Below are positions 39,487 to 49,390 of a stretch of DNA of 64,000 nucleotides, one piece after another. The stretch comes from Nitrososphaeria archaeon. GTDB taxonomy: Archaea > Thermoproteota > Nitrososphaeria > JACIWG01. The stretch lies in NCBI GenBank assembly GCA_029776065.1, contig JARVJP010000009.1:196514-260513 (forward strand), read 5' to 3'. Positions within the stretch are counted from its first letter, which is position 1. Every line of letters begins with the position of its first letter. A program made the translations under genes and the position numbers. The notes beneath the pieces were generated by a model. The model saw nothing but the letters and a program-made list of their open reading frames with translations. It was not told the origin of the DNA and made no database searches.

Positions 39487-39888
39487 TTGAGCAGGCCAGC
39501 TGATTTAGGGAGCCTTAAAGAAGGTTCTTACATAGTTATTGATGGAGAAGCTTGTAGAATTGTAGAATATGATAAAAGTAAACCTGGAAAACATGGCTCT
39601 GCAAAAGCACGCATAGTTGCAATTGGTGTTTTTGATGGAGTAAAAAGAAGTCTAGTTAGTCCTGTTGCTTCTATGGTTGAAGTTCCAATAATTGAAAAGA
39701 GAAGCGGACAAATAATCTCCATTTCAGGAGATGTTCTGCAGATAATGGATCTTGAGACATTCACAACATTTGAATTACCCTATCCCAAAGATGAGGAAAT
39801 ATCTAAACAGATCATCCAAGGCGCAGAAGTAGAATACTGGACTGTTTTAGGTAAAAGTAAGATAATGAGAGTTAAAGGTCGTTTATAA
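39487..39888 (+). CDS. eif5a: Translation factor aIF5A
   Basis: SKPGKHGSAKAR hypusine loop. Confidence 0.97.
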   Translation: MSRPADLGSLKEGSYIVIDGEACRIVEYDKSKPGKHGSAKARIVAIGVFDGVKRSLVSPVASMVEVPIIEKRSGQIISISGDVLQIMDLETFTTFELPYPKDEEISKQIIQGAEVEYWTVLGKSKIMRVKGRL

Positions 39889-40036
39889 AAGTGCCCTCAT
39901 AACTCATAATCATCTTCATATCGTAAATTCAGACGGCTCTTCCTTCAAATCATTGGGCACCATGCATTAATCAGGTCTAGTAAAGATAAGTTTTTCCATT
40001 CAACAATGTTTAATATCTCTTAAAAAATGGATAAGG

Positions 40037-40873
40037 TTGATAAGTTTGGTGCTAATAAAGAACGTTGCTATAACAGGTAATGTAGAGAAAATTAATGAAC
40101 AAAAAGTAGTAGATCATGTTGCCAATTCTTTCTTAAAAAATAAATTTAACATATCGACTATAAACCCTATTAAATTTAAGAATGTATCTTCATTAGACAT
40201 CAAAGAAATCGATCAAACCAACATAGATCTCCTTTGCATATTAGGTGGAGATGGCACAATAATAGGCACAATAAGAAGTTTATCTAAACAAATCCCTATT
40301 CTTGGAGTAAATGTGGGCTCCAAGGGCGTTCTAACAGACATCTTCCCCGATGAAATTGACTTAGCAATAGAGGCAATAAAGAAGAACATGTTCATTATCC
40401 AAGAACGCTTGATGCTAAAGGTAACTCTTAGAAATCAACTAGTAGAGCCCAGAGTGCTAAATGAAGCTTTTTTCTATCGACAATCTTTAACCAAATTACC
40501 TTTATATTTGATAGTTCAAGGATCCTTTTACATAAAGAAAAAGATGGATGGTCTAATAATTTCTACACCAACAGGTTCAACAGGACACTCTTTTTCGTTA
40601 AGTGGACCTATAGTCGACGAAACGTTACATGTTTTTCTATTAAACCCTGTTGGGTCAATTCAAAGACTACCTCCAATAATCGTCCCACCATCGCCTATGA
40701 AAATATCTTGTTCTGATAGAGCTGTTTTAATTCTTGATGGTCAAATAAAATACGACTTAAATAAAAATGAAGAGGTTTTAATAGAAGAAAGTGAGGAAAG
40801 AGCGAAACTCGTAAGGGTTCTTTCTGGGCGCCTCTCTCAAATCGAAAAATTAGGGTTTGATATCATTGGATAA
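40037..40873 (+). CDS. nadK: NAD(+) kinase
   Basis: LGGDGT, GVNVGS.G.L, LNE, DGLIISTPTGSTGHSFS.SGP. Confidence 0.92.
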   Translation: MISLVLIKNVAITGNVEKINEQKVVDHVANSFLKNKFNISTINPIKFKNVSSLDIKEIDQTNIDLLCILGGDGTIIGTIRSLSKQIPILGVNVGSKGVLTDIFPDEIDLAIEAIKKNMFIIQERLMLKVTLRNQLVEPRVLNEAFFYRQSLTKLPLYLIVQGSFYIKKKMDGLIISTPTGSTGHSFSLSGPIVDETLHVFLLNPVGSIQRLPPIIVPPSPMKISCSDRAVLILDGQIKYDLNKNEEVLIEESEERAKLVRVLSGRLSQIEKLGFDIIG

Positions 40874-41390
40874 AGTATATGTTTTAGACTCTTCTGCTTT
40901 TATATTTGGTTTCTCTACAAGTCCTCCATTAAAATCTTATACCACACAAGAGGTTGTTAAAGAAATATGTAAAAATGAATTTACAAAAACAAAAATTGAA
41001 ATATATGTTGCACAAGGTTCGATTGAAGTCATTTCTCCACCAGAAGATTTTCTAAAAAAAGTTTTAACTGTCACTCAAAATACTTCTGATTTAAAATATT
41101 TATCAAAAACAGATTTGTCGGTAATTGCTTTAGCGTTGTTTCTTAAAAAAACTTTAAATCAAAAAGTGGTTCTTGTCTCTGATGATTATGCTATTCAAAA
41201 TGCTGCCTCAATTTTAAAGATAGAATTCAAGTCACTTAAAGCAAAGGGAATCGAAAAGCAAATCATATGGGAAATATACTGCCCTGCATGCAAAAGAGTT
41301 TTCTTAAATGCAAGTATATTAAAATGTCCCTTTTGTGGGCACAAGCTAAAAAGAAAACCCAAAAGTAAACTGGCAATTACTAAAAAATAA
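40857..41390 (+). CDS. nob1: Nob1 PIN-domain endonuclease
   Basis: VLDSSAFI, LSKTD.S.IALA, SDDYAIQN, C.AC..C.FCG. Confidence 0.9.
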   Translation: MISLDKVYVLDSSAFIFGFSTSPPLKSYTTQEVVKEICKNEFTKTKIEIYVAQGSIEVISPPEDFLKKVLTVTQNTSDLKYLSKTDLSVIALALFLKKTLNQKVVLVSDDYAIQNAASILKIEFKSLKAKGIEKQIIWEIYCPACKRVFLNASILKCPFCGHKLKRKPKSKLAITKK

Positions 41391-41399
41391 TATTTAATA

Positions 41400-41861
41400 A
41401 TGGACAAGGAAATTAGATTAAGAATGTTACCTCCTGGTGTTTACGATAAAGACTCTGTAGACTTGTACAAAGAAATTTATGAGACATACAAAAAACTTGT
41501 CTATAAAGATGCAGGGACAATTTTAACTTTCATTGGGGTATCAAAGGAACTCAGTACAGTTTCTGATAAAATTGTAAAAAGCGTAACAATAGAAGCTTAT
41601 AAAGAAGAAGCAGATAAAACGATTCAAAGTATTTGCTCTGAAATAAAACATAAACACTCATTAAATTATATAAATATCGTTCATCTCCAAGGAGACTTTC
41701 TCCCCTCTGAGCCTATAGTATTTGTAATAATAGCCTCTAAGTCAAGAAAGGAAGCGTTTGAATCTATGAAAGAAGCGGTAGAACGCTACAAGAATGAACC
41801 CCCAATATTCAAGAAGGAAAACTATTCGGATGGTTCATCAAAATGGATTTCAAGCTCTTAA
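41400..41861 (+). CDS. moaE: Molybdopterin synthase catalytic subunit MoaE
   Basis: AG.I.TF.G, EAY, I.H..G, R.EAF...EAVERYK.EPPIFKKE. Confidence 0.85.
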   Translation: MDKEIRLRMLPPGVYDKDSVDLYKEIYETYKKLVYKDAGTILTFIGVSKELSTVSDKIVKSVTIEAYKEEADKTIQSICSEIKHKHSLNYINIVHLQGDFLPSEPIVFVIIASKSRKEAFESMKEAVERYKNEPPIFKKENYSDGSSKWISSS

Positions 41862-41865
41862 TGAA

Positions 41866-41955
41866 GGCCTCCGTCGGGATTTTCGAATGTTTATTTATCG
41901 AACCCGAGCCCGCGGCTCCACAGGCCACTGTGTCTACCACTACACCACGGAGGCC
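41866..41955 (-). tRNA. tRNA-His(GTG) with encoded G-1 and 17-nt intron in the T-loop (59/60; 41880-41896)
   Basis: GCCTCCG/CGGAGGC acceptor, GTGGC-CTGTGGA-GCCGC; T arm GGG-UUCG-AU^A-AAU-AAAC-AUU-CGAA-AA^U-CCC strict BHB. Confidence 0.9.
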
Positions 41956-42007
41956 ACACACCAAAAGGAGAAAGAACGCTGTATTAAATTTAATCCTTTA
42001 ATAATTT

Positions 42008-42790
42008 CTATATGCTGTGAGACAGCATATTGAATCTTCCTCCATCAACTACTATTACCTGTCCGGTGATAAAATTTGACTCATCAGATGCTAAGAACAA
42101 TGCTACGTTTGCGATGTCTTGAGGCTCCCCAATCCTCCCTAATGCTGCTGCTCTAGCTAATTTATTATATATCTCATTTAACTCTTCTTCTGTTCTTCCT
42201 AAACTTAAAATTTCTGTTTTAATTAAACCAGGTGCAATTGCGTTAACATTTATATTGTATTGCCCAAGTTCAAAGGCAAGTCTTTTGGTCAGGATGTTTA
42301 TTGCTGCTTTTGAAGGCCCATATGCCACCTGTTCTCCAAAAACTGTCCCGATACTCGCAAGCGAAGATATATTAATTATCTTTCCATAATTCTGTTTTAT
42401 CATAAAACGTGCTGCCGCTTGAATACAATAATACGATCCGAGAAGATTTACACTAAGAACTCTCTCCCATTCTTCTGTGGTTCCATCTAATATTTTAGTA
42501 GGTTTCCAAACTATGCCTGCGTTATTAACAAGTACATCTATTCTCTTGAATTCTGCGCCTATTTTATTGACCATTTGAAATACTTCTTCCTTATTTGATA
42601 CATCAGCATGCGCTATCACCGCTTTTCCACCGTTCTTAATTATCTCGTTAATTACCCCTTCTGCTTTTTCTTTGTTTTTAGAATAATTGACGACTACCAA
42701 GCCCCCCTCCCGTCCGAAGGTCAACGCAATAGCTCTACCAATGCCTCTTGAAGCTCCGGTTACTATACAAATCTTATCTTTAAGTCTCAT
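42008..42790 (-). CDS. Short-chain dehydrogenase/reductase (FabG-like)
   Basis: TGASRGIG, NNAG, YGPSK, NAIAPG, ITGQ.I.VDGG. Confidence 0.9.
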   Translation of the reverse strand: MRLKDKICIVTGASRGIGRAIALTFGREGGLVVVNYSKNKEKAEGVINEIIKNGGKAVIAHADVSNKEEVFQMVNKIGAEFKRIDVLVNNAGIVWKPTKILDGTTEEWERVLSVNLLGSYYCIQAAARFMIKQNYGKIINISSLASIGTVFGEQVAYGPSKAAINILTKRLAFELGQYNINVNAIAPGLIKTEILSLGRTEEELNEIYNKLARAAALGRIGEPQDIANVALFLASDESNFITGQVIVVDGGRFNMLSHSI

Positions 42791-42925
42791 GCTAATTATC
42801 TATTTTAAATCGAGATAAAAACTTGTCTTCTATTTCAATTTTATGAATTCTTTTAAGAAGAATCAACTTTAGAATTAAAGTTTATCTTAATCACATTAGA
42901 TGCGAGTGTTGTTGGGGGAGAAGAT

Positions 42926-44080
42926 TTGAACAAAATTATCATTTTTAACTCTGTTATTGGTACCTTTTATTCAATAAATAATGTTGCTATAACTCCCCTT
43001 CTATCCCTGTTTGCTTTAACATACTTAAATGCAACAAAAGAGGAACTTGGGTATATAATGAGCGCTTTCTTTATAGCTTCAGTTGTCTCAAAACTTATCA
43101 TAGGCTTCTTAATCAAACAGAGATATCTTTTTACTTTACAAGCATTTAGTTTATTATTAATGATCTTGTCACCGATACTTTACGTTTTCTCTGGCAACGT
43201 CTTAGGCTTTGCTTTAGTCAGAATTATCCACGGCTTTGGATTTGCTGTAATTTTTCTTTCTTGCTTAACAATTGCTACAATACTTATAGGAGAAAGGAAC
43301 GATTTCTCAATAAGTGTATTAATGACTTTTGCTGCCATTGGAATGACTCTAGCACCATTACTAAGTACAATATTCACCTTTTATTTTGATATATCTACTA
43401 CCTTTTTACTTATTTCTATAATAACTTGTTTAAGTCTTCCCTTCTCCCTTTACCTCACATCAAAGAAGAGTCTACTTTTTGATAAAGCCTCTAAAAAACT
43501 AAGTCTAAAAGAAATTACAAATTCTTTTTTCAAAGAGAAATGGTTTAAGTCTTCCTTCCTGGCCTACTTTGCCTACGCACTAATTTATGGGGCAATCACA
43601 ACTTATATCCCTCCCTATGCAAGACAAAGTTTTGGTTTTGCAGATTACCAAATTACAGCAATGTTCTTTGGTCTTTTTATTTTTACTATATTCACAAGAA
43701 TTATTTTGATAAAAAGAAATGAAAAAAGTTTTTTAAAACAAATTCTCCTCTCGTCCCTCATCTTTACAATATCTTTACTTGTCTTGCTCGGTATCATAAA
43801 AGATCCAATATTATTTGCTTTTACTTTTGTTCTAATAGGTATTGGTCATGGGTTCATCTACCCAATAGCTGCAATTTTAGTAAGTAACAGTTCTCCACCC
43901 GAGCACCGGCTAGAAGCAAATACCTTGTTTCTTATCTCATTCGACTTAGGAAATGTGATTGGACCAATGGTTGCATCATTAATGGTCTCGTTTATGCCAA
44001 TAAACCATGTTTTAATAGGGAGCGCAGTTCTTCCCACTATAATCTGGGTTTTAGTCGTTAAAAGTATCAACTCTATTTAG
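42926..44080 (+). CDS. MFS transporter
   Basis: About 12 TM segments, RIIHGFG, GNVIGP. Confidence 0.85.
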   Translation: MNKIIIFNSVIGTFYSINNVAITPLLSLFALTYLNATKEELGYIMSAFFIASVVSKLIIGFLIKQRYLFTLQAFSLLLMILSPILYVFSGNVLGFALVRIIHGFGFAVIFLSCLTIATILIGERNDFSISVLMTFAAIGMTLAPLLSTIFTFYFDISTTFLLISIITCLSLPFSLYLTSKKSLLFDKASKKLSLKEITNSFFKEKWFKSSFLAYFAYALIYGAITTYIPPYARQSFGFADYQITAMFFGLFIFTIFTRIILIKRNEKSFLKQILLSSLIFTISLLVLLGIIKDPILFAFTFVLIGIGHGFIYPIAAILVSNSSPPEHRLEANTLFLISFDLGNVIGPMVASLMVSFMPINHVLIGSAVLPTIIWVLVVKSINSI

Positions 44081-44134
44081 ATAAGAACTTTCCCATTCAA
44101 GGCCTTGTTTCTTAGGTCTTAAAGTCTAAGGGAA

Positions 44135-44209
44135 TGGGCCGACCAGGACTTGAACCTGGGACCTACGCCGTGTCAGAGCGTCGTCCTAACCAAGCTAGAC
44201 GATCGGCCC
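44135..44209 (-). tRNA. tRNA-Val(GAC)
   Basis: GGGCCGA/TCGGCCC, ACGCT-CTGACAC-GGCGT, TTCAAGT. Confidence 0.95.
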
Positions 44210-44263
44210 AACTGCATCATAATCAAGTACAAGTAATAAAAATATTTTGTATAATATATGACT

Positions 44264-45328
44264 TTACTTAATAGCATCCTTATTCATTATGTTCTCCATT
44301 TCTTCTCCTCTTAGGAACCGTGCTAAGTCTTCAGCTATCATACAAGCCCCCCTATAGAACATATCATCTGATGGTCCTGCAAGATGTGGTGTGAAAGTAA
44401 TGTTGTCCAAGTGTAGGAATTTATTGTTTGGGTCACTATATATTGGTTCTTTTATGAAAACATCTAATGCAGCCCCGGCTATCTTGTTGTTAACTAGAGC
44501 TTCATATAAGGCATCTTCATCTATTATTTCCCCCCTAGCTGTATTTATTAAGAAGGCTGTTTTTTTCATTAAACTAATTTCCCTTTTACCAATCATTTTA
44601 GTGGTCTGTGGTGTTAATCTCATATGTATAGTTACAAAATCAGATTTACTAAGAAGATCGTCCAAACTTACTTTTTCTCCACCATACTGTCTAATTTTCT
44701 CCTCTGGAACAAATGGATCGTAAGCTAATATCTTCATACTAAAACCTATTGCCCTCTCAGCTACCTTTGTCCCTATCTTCCCAAATCCAACTATCCCTAT
44801 TGTTTTGCCTTTTAGTTCAGGAATTGATTTCCTCCACCTTTTAGAACTTTCAAGATAAGTTCCATTCCTAACTGCTTCAAAAGCTCTGGCTATATGTCTA
44901 ACTTCACATAGTATTAATCCCATTGTGAAATCAGCTACGGAGTCAGCGTTTCTACCCGGCGTATTTATCACAAGTATCTTCTTCTTATTTGCACCTTCTA
45001 CGTCAACATTCACCGGCGTAGATCTATTACACGCTACTAACTTGAGGTTTTTAGCTACCTCATAAACATCCTCTGTTACAGGAGCAAATTGTACGATTAA
45101 AACATCAAATTTTTCTGCCTTTTTGGCGATCTCTAAAGGGTTGCCAAAGAACTCTTTAACCCCCTTATAAGAAGGTCTCCCAATCCATAATGGGTCATCT
45201 TCTTCTAAGTCATAAAAGGTGAACTCGGCTTTTTTGTATTCTTCCCCCATCTTTTCTTTAAAAGCCATTTTCCATTGTTCTTTAGACAAAAATTTATCTG
45301 CGAAAACTAAGACTTTTAATGCCATCAA
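44264..45328 (-). CDS. D-isomer-specific 2-hydroxyacid dehydrogenase (SerA-like catalytic core)
   Basis: NTPGRNADSVA, GIVGFGKIG, YDP, INTARG, AALDVF.EP, TPHLAG. Confidence 0.9.
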   Translation of the reverse strand: MMALKVLVFADKFLSKEQWKMAFKEKMGEEYKKAEFTFYDLEEDDPLWIGRPSYKGVKEFFGNPLEIAKKAEKFDVLIVQFAPVTEDVYEVAKNLKLVACNRSTPVNVDVEGANKKKILVINTPGRNADSVADFTMGLILCEVRHIARAFEAVRNGTYLESSKRWRKSIPELKGKTIGIVGFGKIGTKVAERAIGFSMKILAYDPFVPEEKIRQYGGEKVSLDDLLSKSDFVTIHMRLTPQTTKMIGKREISLMKKTAFLINTARGEIIDEDALYEALVNNKIAGAALDVFIKEPIYSDPNNKFLHLDNITFTPHLAGPSDDMFYRGACMIAEDLARFLRGEEMENIMNKDAIK

Positions 45329-45799
45329 ACATCCCCAAGGAAGTTGGTCTAATTAATTTACTTATATTTCTTTAATTTTTTTTGAAAAGATACTCATCAT
45401 TATAAATGAATAAAACCGTAAATAGTTAAAAAGGGTCTAAACCTCATTTATAGAATAAAAATCAGTATCGTAGGTCAAAAGCTTAAGACGCTTCAAAAAA
45501 GGCGGAGCAACTTTTAATACACCACCTAACTAAAAGGGAACGTTTTTATTATAGTAAAATAAACTTCACATTTAGTAATAAAACTGGTATATGATTTGAT
45601 TGACCTCCCCATTTTTTATAAATTTTAAGTTACTATTGATGATTATAACTGTTTGGAAGAAAGTAAGGGCCAGCAACGTTCCATTAAAATTTATTTTAAA
45701 ATTGAGTAACCTTTACGCCACATGTTACGAAGGTTATAATAAAGATGTGGCTCGATCTATTACCTCAGTCTTCAACCTTTAAACTATGAGGGAAACAAT

Positions 45800-47317
45800 T
45801 TGTTTTTTTCTGAAAGACATTTTAAAGAATTAGTTGAAAAAGCAAATGATATGATGTACATTTTTGATCTTAAAGAAGGTTTTAAATACATAAACTCTGC
45901 CTCCACCAAAATAGTAGGTTACACACCAGAAGAACATTACGCAGACAAGGAACTAGGTTTTAAAATTATACATCCGGATGACGCTTCGAAACTCTTAAAG
46001 CTTGTCAAGGATTTGGTTGAAGAAAAAGAACCAGTAAGAATCGAACTCCGATGGATCCATAAGAATGGTAAAGTTATATGGACTGAACAGATCAACATAC
46101 CAGTGTTTGATAAAAATGGGAAAGTTATTGCCATTGAAGGTATAGCGAGGGATATAACAGATCGAAAAGAGTTAGAAGAAGAATTAAAGGCTAGTGATGA
46201 GCGCTTCCGCTTAGCTGCTGACGCTTCCCCCGACGCGATTATTTTTGTAGACTCCGATGGGAGAATCATTTTTTGGAACGAAGGTGCTGAGAAAATGTTT
46301 GGTTACACTGTTAACGAAGCGCTCCATGCATCCATATCTTTATTGATTTTGGAAAAGGATAAAACCCGCTTTATAAACTTATTAGTGTCATATGTAACGT
46401 CTGGGGAACAATTTCCAAATATACCTATATGGAAGGTTGCAAGAAAAAAGAATGGCCAGCTATTTCCTATTGAGGTGTCATTTTCAAGATGGCAACAAAT
46501 GGGTAAATTCTATTTAATGATAACTATTCGAGACATAACAGAACGGCAGATGATTGAAAACGGCCTTAGAAAGAGAACAGAAGAATTAACTGAAATCGTC
46601 GAGGAAAGGACTAGGGCATTAAAGGAAGCCGAACTTATTATGACAATAGGGCAAGTTACAGCTATGGTCGGACATGATCTAAGAAACCCACTTCAAGTCC
46701 TTGTTAACATGCTTTACTTAATAAGAAAGACGCTCAAAACCTCTCCTTATACAGATTTGGGAATTGAATATCAAAGGCGTCTTGAAGCATTCTTAATAAA
46801 AGCTCAGGAACAAATAGACTATATGAATAAAATCATATTAGATTTACAGGATTTCGGTAAATCTCTTGAACCAAAATTAGCAAATACAAACTTTAGACAA
46901 TTAGTAACAGAAGCTTTAGCTATGGTTAAAGTTCCAGAACATATTAAAATCTTAATCGATATCGGGGACAACTTTCCAAGTCTGATGATTGACCCATTTA
47001 TGCTCAAAAGAGCAATGGTCAATCTAATCAATAACGCTTTACAAGCAATGCCAAACGGAGGAAAGCTCATAATTAAAGCCTCATTAAATGGTGACACAGC
47101 CTTAATAGACGTCCAAGATACAGGTATAGGAATACCAGAAGAAAATATGAATAAGCTATTCACACCATTATTCACAACAAAGCCAAAAGGACAAGGGCTT
47201 GGTCTAGTTGTTTGTGAAAAGCTGATAAAAGCTAATGGAGGGTGGATATCAGTTAAAAGTAAAGTCGGCGTTGGAACAACCTTCTCAATAAGACTACCCC
47301 TAAAACATGGTTCCTAA
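45800..47317 (+). CDS. Cytoplasmic PAS-PAS sensor histidine kinase
   Basis: Two PAS/PAC domains, H-box HDLRNPL, N-box NLINNA, DTGIGI, FTTK, GQGLGL. Confidence 0.92.
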   Translation: MFFSERHFKELVEKANDMMYIFDLKEGFKYINSASTKIVGYTPEEHYADKELGFKIIHPDDASKLLKLVKDLVEEKEPVRIELRWIHKNGKVIWTEQINIPVFDKNGKVIAIEGIARDITDRKELEEELKASDERFRLAADASPDAIIFVDSDGRIIFWNEGAEKMFGYTVNEALHASISLLILEKDKTRFINLLVSYVTSGEQFPNIPIWKVARKKNGQLFPIEVSFSRWQQMGKFYLMITIRDITERQMIENGLRKRTEELTEIVEERTRALKEAELIMTIGQVTAMVGHDLRNPLQVLVNMLYLIRKTLKTSPYTDLGIEYQRRLEAFLIKAQEQIDYMNKIILDLQDFGKSLEPKLANTNFRQLVTEALAMVKVPEHIKILIDIGDNFPSLMIDPFMLKRAMVNLINNALQAMPNGGKLIIKASLNGDTALIDVQDTGIGIPEENMNKLFTPLFTTKPKGQGLGLVVCEKLIKANGGWISVKSKVGVGTTFSIRLPLKHGS

Positions 47318-47438
47318 ATCCCCAGAAATCCTATCAATTAAAAGTACTAAGAGAGCAATTTATAATAGGATCAGTAAATTTTAAAGTACTAAATCTTAGA
47401 CATTATATCATTGTGTCGTCACTATAAAGAGATTGAAA

Positions 47439-47513
47439 TGCGACCGCCGGGATTTGAACCCGGGTCAGAAGCGTGGCAGGCTCCCGTCCTAGACCAGACT
47501 AGACTACGGTCGC
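47439..47513 (-). tRNA. tRNA-Gly(GCC)
   Basis: GCGACCG/CGGTCGC, GGAGC-CTGCCAC-GCTTC, TTCAAAT. Confidence 0.95.
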
Positions 47514-47726
47514 ATCAACTTGTTTTATGTAGATGCTTGATGTACCATAAAACTGTCAGATGGCTATCTTTAAGTTTTTCTCCTTAAATTTAAAAGACGT
47601 GATAATTATGCTATCTTATCGTAACCTTGGATTAAATTTATTTTGAACTTTATTAATAGCTTGATTTTGCGTTTGCATGCAAGCTTTTTTGGCAATAAAA
47701 GGTTTATATTATAGATAAAAGAAGGA

Positions 47727-47954
47727 ATAATTCAAGTTAGTTGGCATAAGAGAAAACCGAATATTCTAATCAAGTTTATCATTGGATTAATATTTTTCTC
47801 TATGATTTTACTTCTAAACTCTCTCACTTCTAACACCTCTTTACATCAAACTTTCGGCTTCTACGCCTCCGATTTAGGTCCCTTTGCTATGTTACCTGAT
47901 CTATTCACATTAGCTGCATTGATTGTTCTTCTATGTTTGACCTTCAAATATTAA
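47727..47954 (+). CDS. Possible two-TM small membrane protein
   Basis: Open frame IIQVSWHKRKPNILIKFIIGLIFFSMILLL...PDLFTLAALIVLLCLTFKY*; no canonical start before the first TM. Confidence 0.3.
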   Translation: MIQVSWHKRKPNILIKFIIGLIFFSMILLLNSLTSNTSLHQTFGFYASDLGPFAMLPDLFTLAALIVLLCLTFKY

Positions 47955-48201
47955 AATAAGAATGGTAGTGCACTATGTATATTATGCCTATCTGTTTACA
48001 AATTGCTCCATTTTCCTTATGATCATACTCTTTTATAGTAAGAATATCCAAAGTTATAATCTACTATTTAACTCCTATTCGATTTCCAAAGCAACTTCTC
48101 CAAAATCTATTACTTACTAGTGCCTTCCATATGTGTTTAAACTTAATAACCGATTTAAAATAAAAGTTTTAAACTAAGCAACTATACAGCCCTTTTGTTA
48201 A

Positions 48202-48276
48202 GGGCCGGTAGTACAGGTTGGTAGTTATGCTCCCTTGGCATGGGAGAGGTCGTGGGTTCGAGTCCCACCCGGTCCA
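48202..48276 (+). tRNA. tRNA-Ala(GGC)
   Basis: GGGCCGG/CCGGTCC with G3-U70, CTCCC-TTGGCAT-GGGAG, TTCGAGT. Confidence 0.93.
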
Positions 48277-48354
48277 CCTTTGCGATAAAGAATTCTATTT
48301 TAAAGAAATGCTCAACGAAAATGATTAAATGGATTAGAGATAATTTACATAAGA

Positions 48355-48984
48355 TTATGTGTAAATCAATGAAATGTACTGTCTTAAACTCGGTTGATTG
48401 TTTTCTATTTCTTTTATAAATTTGTTAAATTTAAAAGCATGAGTAATTCTGAAGATAGCAAGTTTCCTATTAAGTTTCTTTTCTAATTCTTCATCACGAT
48501 TTGATATAATTTTAAATCTGTCATAGACAACAAGCATCTTGCTCAGTTTTAGATATATATCCCTCCTAACAGAATAAATTCTATTAAGAAACTGGTTCCT
48601 ATACTGTTCGTTATCTAATAATTTAGCCAATTCCATGTCGCCCCTTATTGGAGGTGGTATCTCGTTGTCATAAAATCTCTTTATTGAGTCGAAATGGAAA
48701 TTAAAGACATTTTTTGTCTCATTAAGATAACTTATTGAAAATTTAAAAATGAGAAAAAGCCAATACTTTTCTGGTGCGTCACATTTGTCAAGGAATTCCT
48801 CTGATATCACCCTCTCATAAGTCAATAAAAGTTTATCTGGATCTTTTTGGAAATCTTCTAATAATTCTTCCAAGTTTTTTTGCACCGCCATCCAAAGCTT
48901 AGGTCTTTTTAAAACAAACTTTTTGTAAAGATCTATATGCAAGCCTTTTTCTTCAAACTCATTTTTTCGGTCCTTCTTAGACAT
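48355..48984 (-). CDS. Hypothetical protein
   Basis: 209-aa ORF with ATG and upstream TATA-like TTTATA; no recognised motif. Confidence 0.5.
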   Translation of the reverse strand: MSKKDRKNEFEEKGLHIDLYKKFVLKRPKLWMAVQKNLEELLEDFQKDPDKLLLTYERVISEEFLDKCDAPEKYWLFLIFKFSISYLNETKNVFNFHFDSIKRFYDNEIPPPIRGDMELAKLLDNEQYRNQFLNRIYSVRRDIYLKLSKMLVVYDRFKIISNRDEELEKKLNRKLAIFRITHAFKFNKFIKEIENNQPSLRQYISLIYT

Positions 48985-49182
48985 TTACAATACTTATAAA
49001 TCATCTATATTTATATTTGAACGAATAAGATAAATTCTCCTTCCTTTAAGATTTTATTCAACGAATTTATTGGAAGCAATGCGTTTAGGGACGTGCCATT
49101 TTTATTTGAAATTATAAATTTATTTATCCTTACCACTAAATCTATACAGTATAAAAAGATGATAAAAATTATTTAAGAAAAA

Positions 49183-49197
49183 TGGGGCTAGTGGGAC
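49183..49197 (+). repeat. att site (duplicated tRNA-Trp 3' end)
   Basis: Identical to 59561-59575. Confidence 0.9.
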
Positions 49198-49390
49198 CTA
49201 TACCAAAAAGGGTTCAAGTACGCTTTTCAGCTCTGAGATCTTTTATTAGACATCATCTAGCTATCTTTGATAACCCTTACAAGCACGAGAACTTTTATCA
49301 CTATCCTTTATTCTAATGTTTATTTTGATCGTGGTACTTAAAAGGTTTTTAAGTATGTTTGAAATAGAAATATAAAGGTGGAAAATAGAA

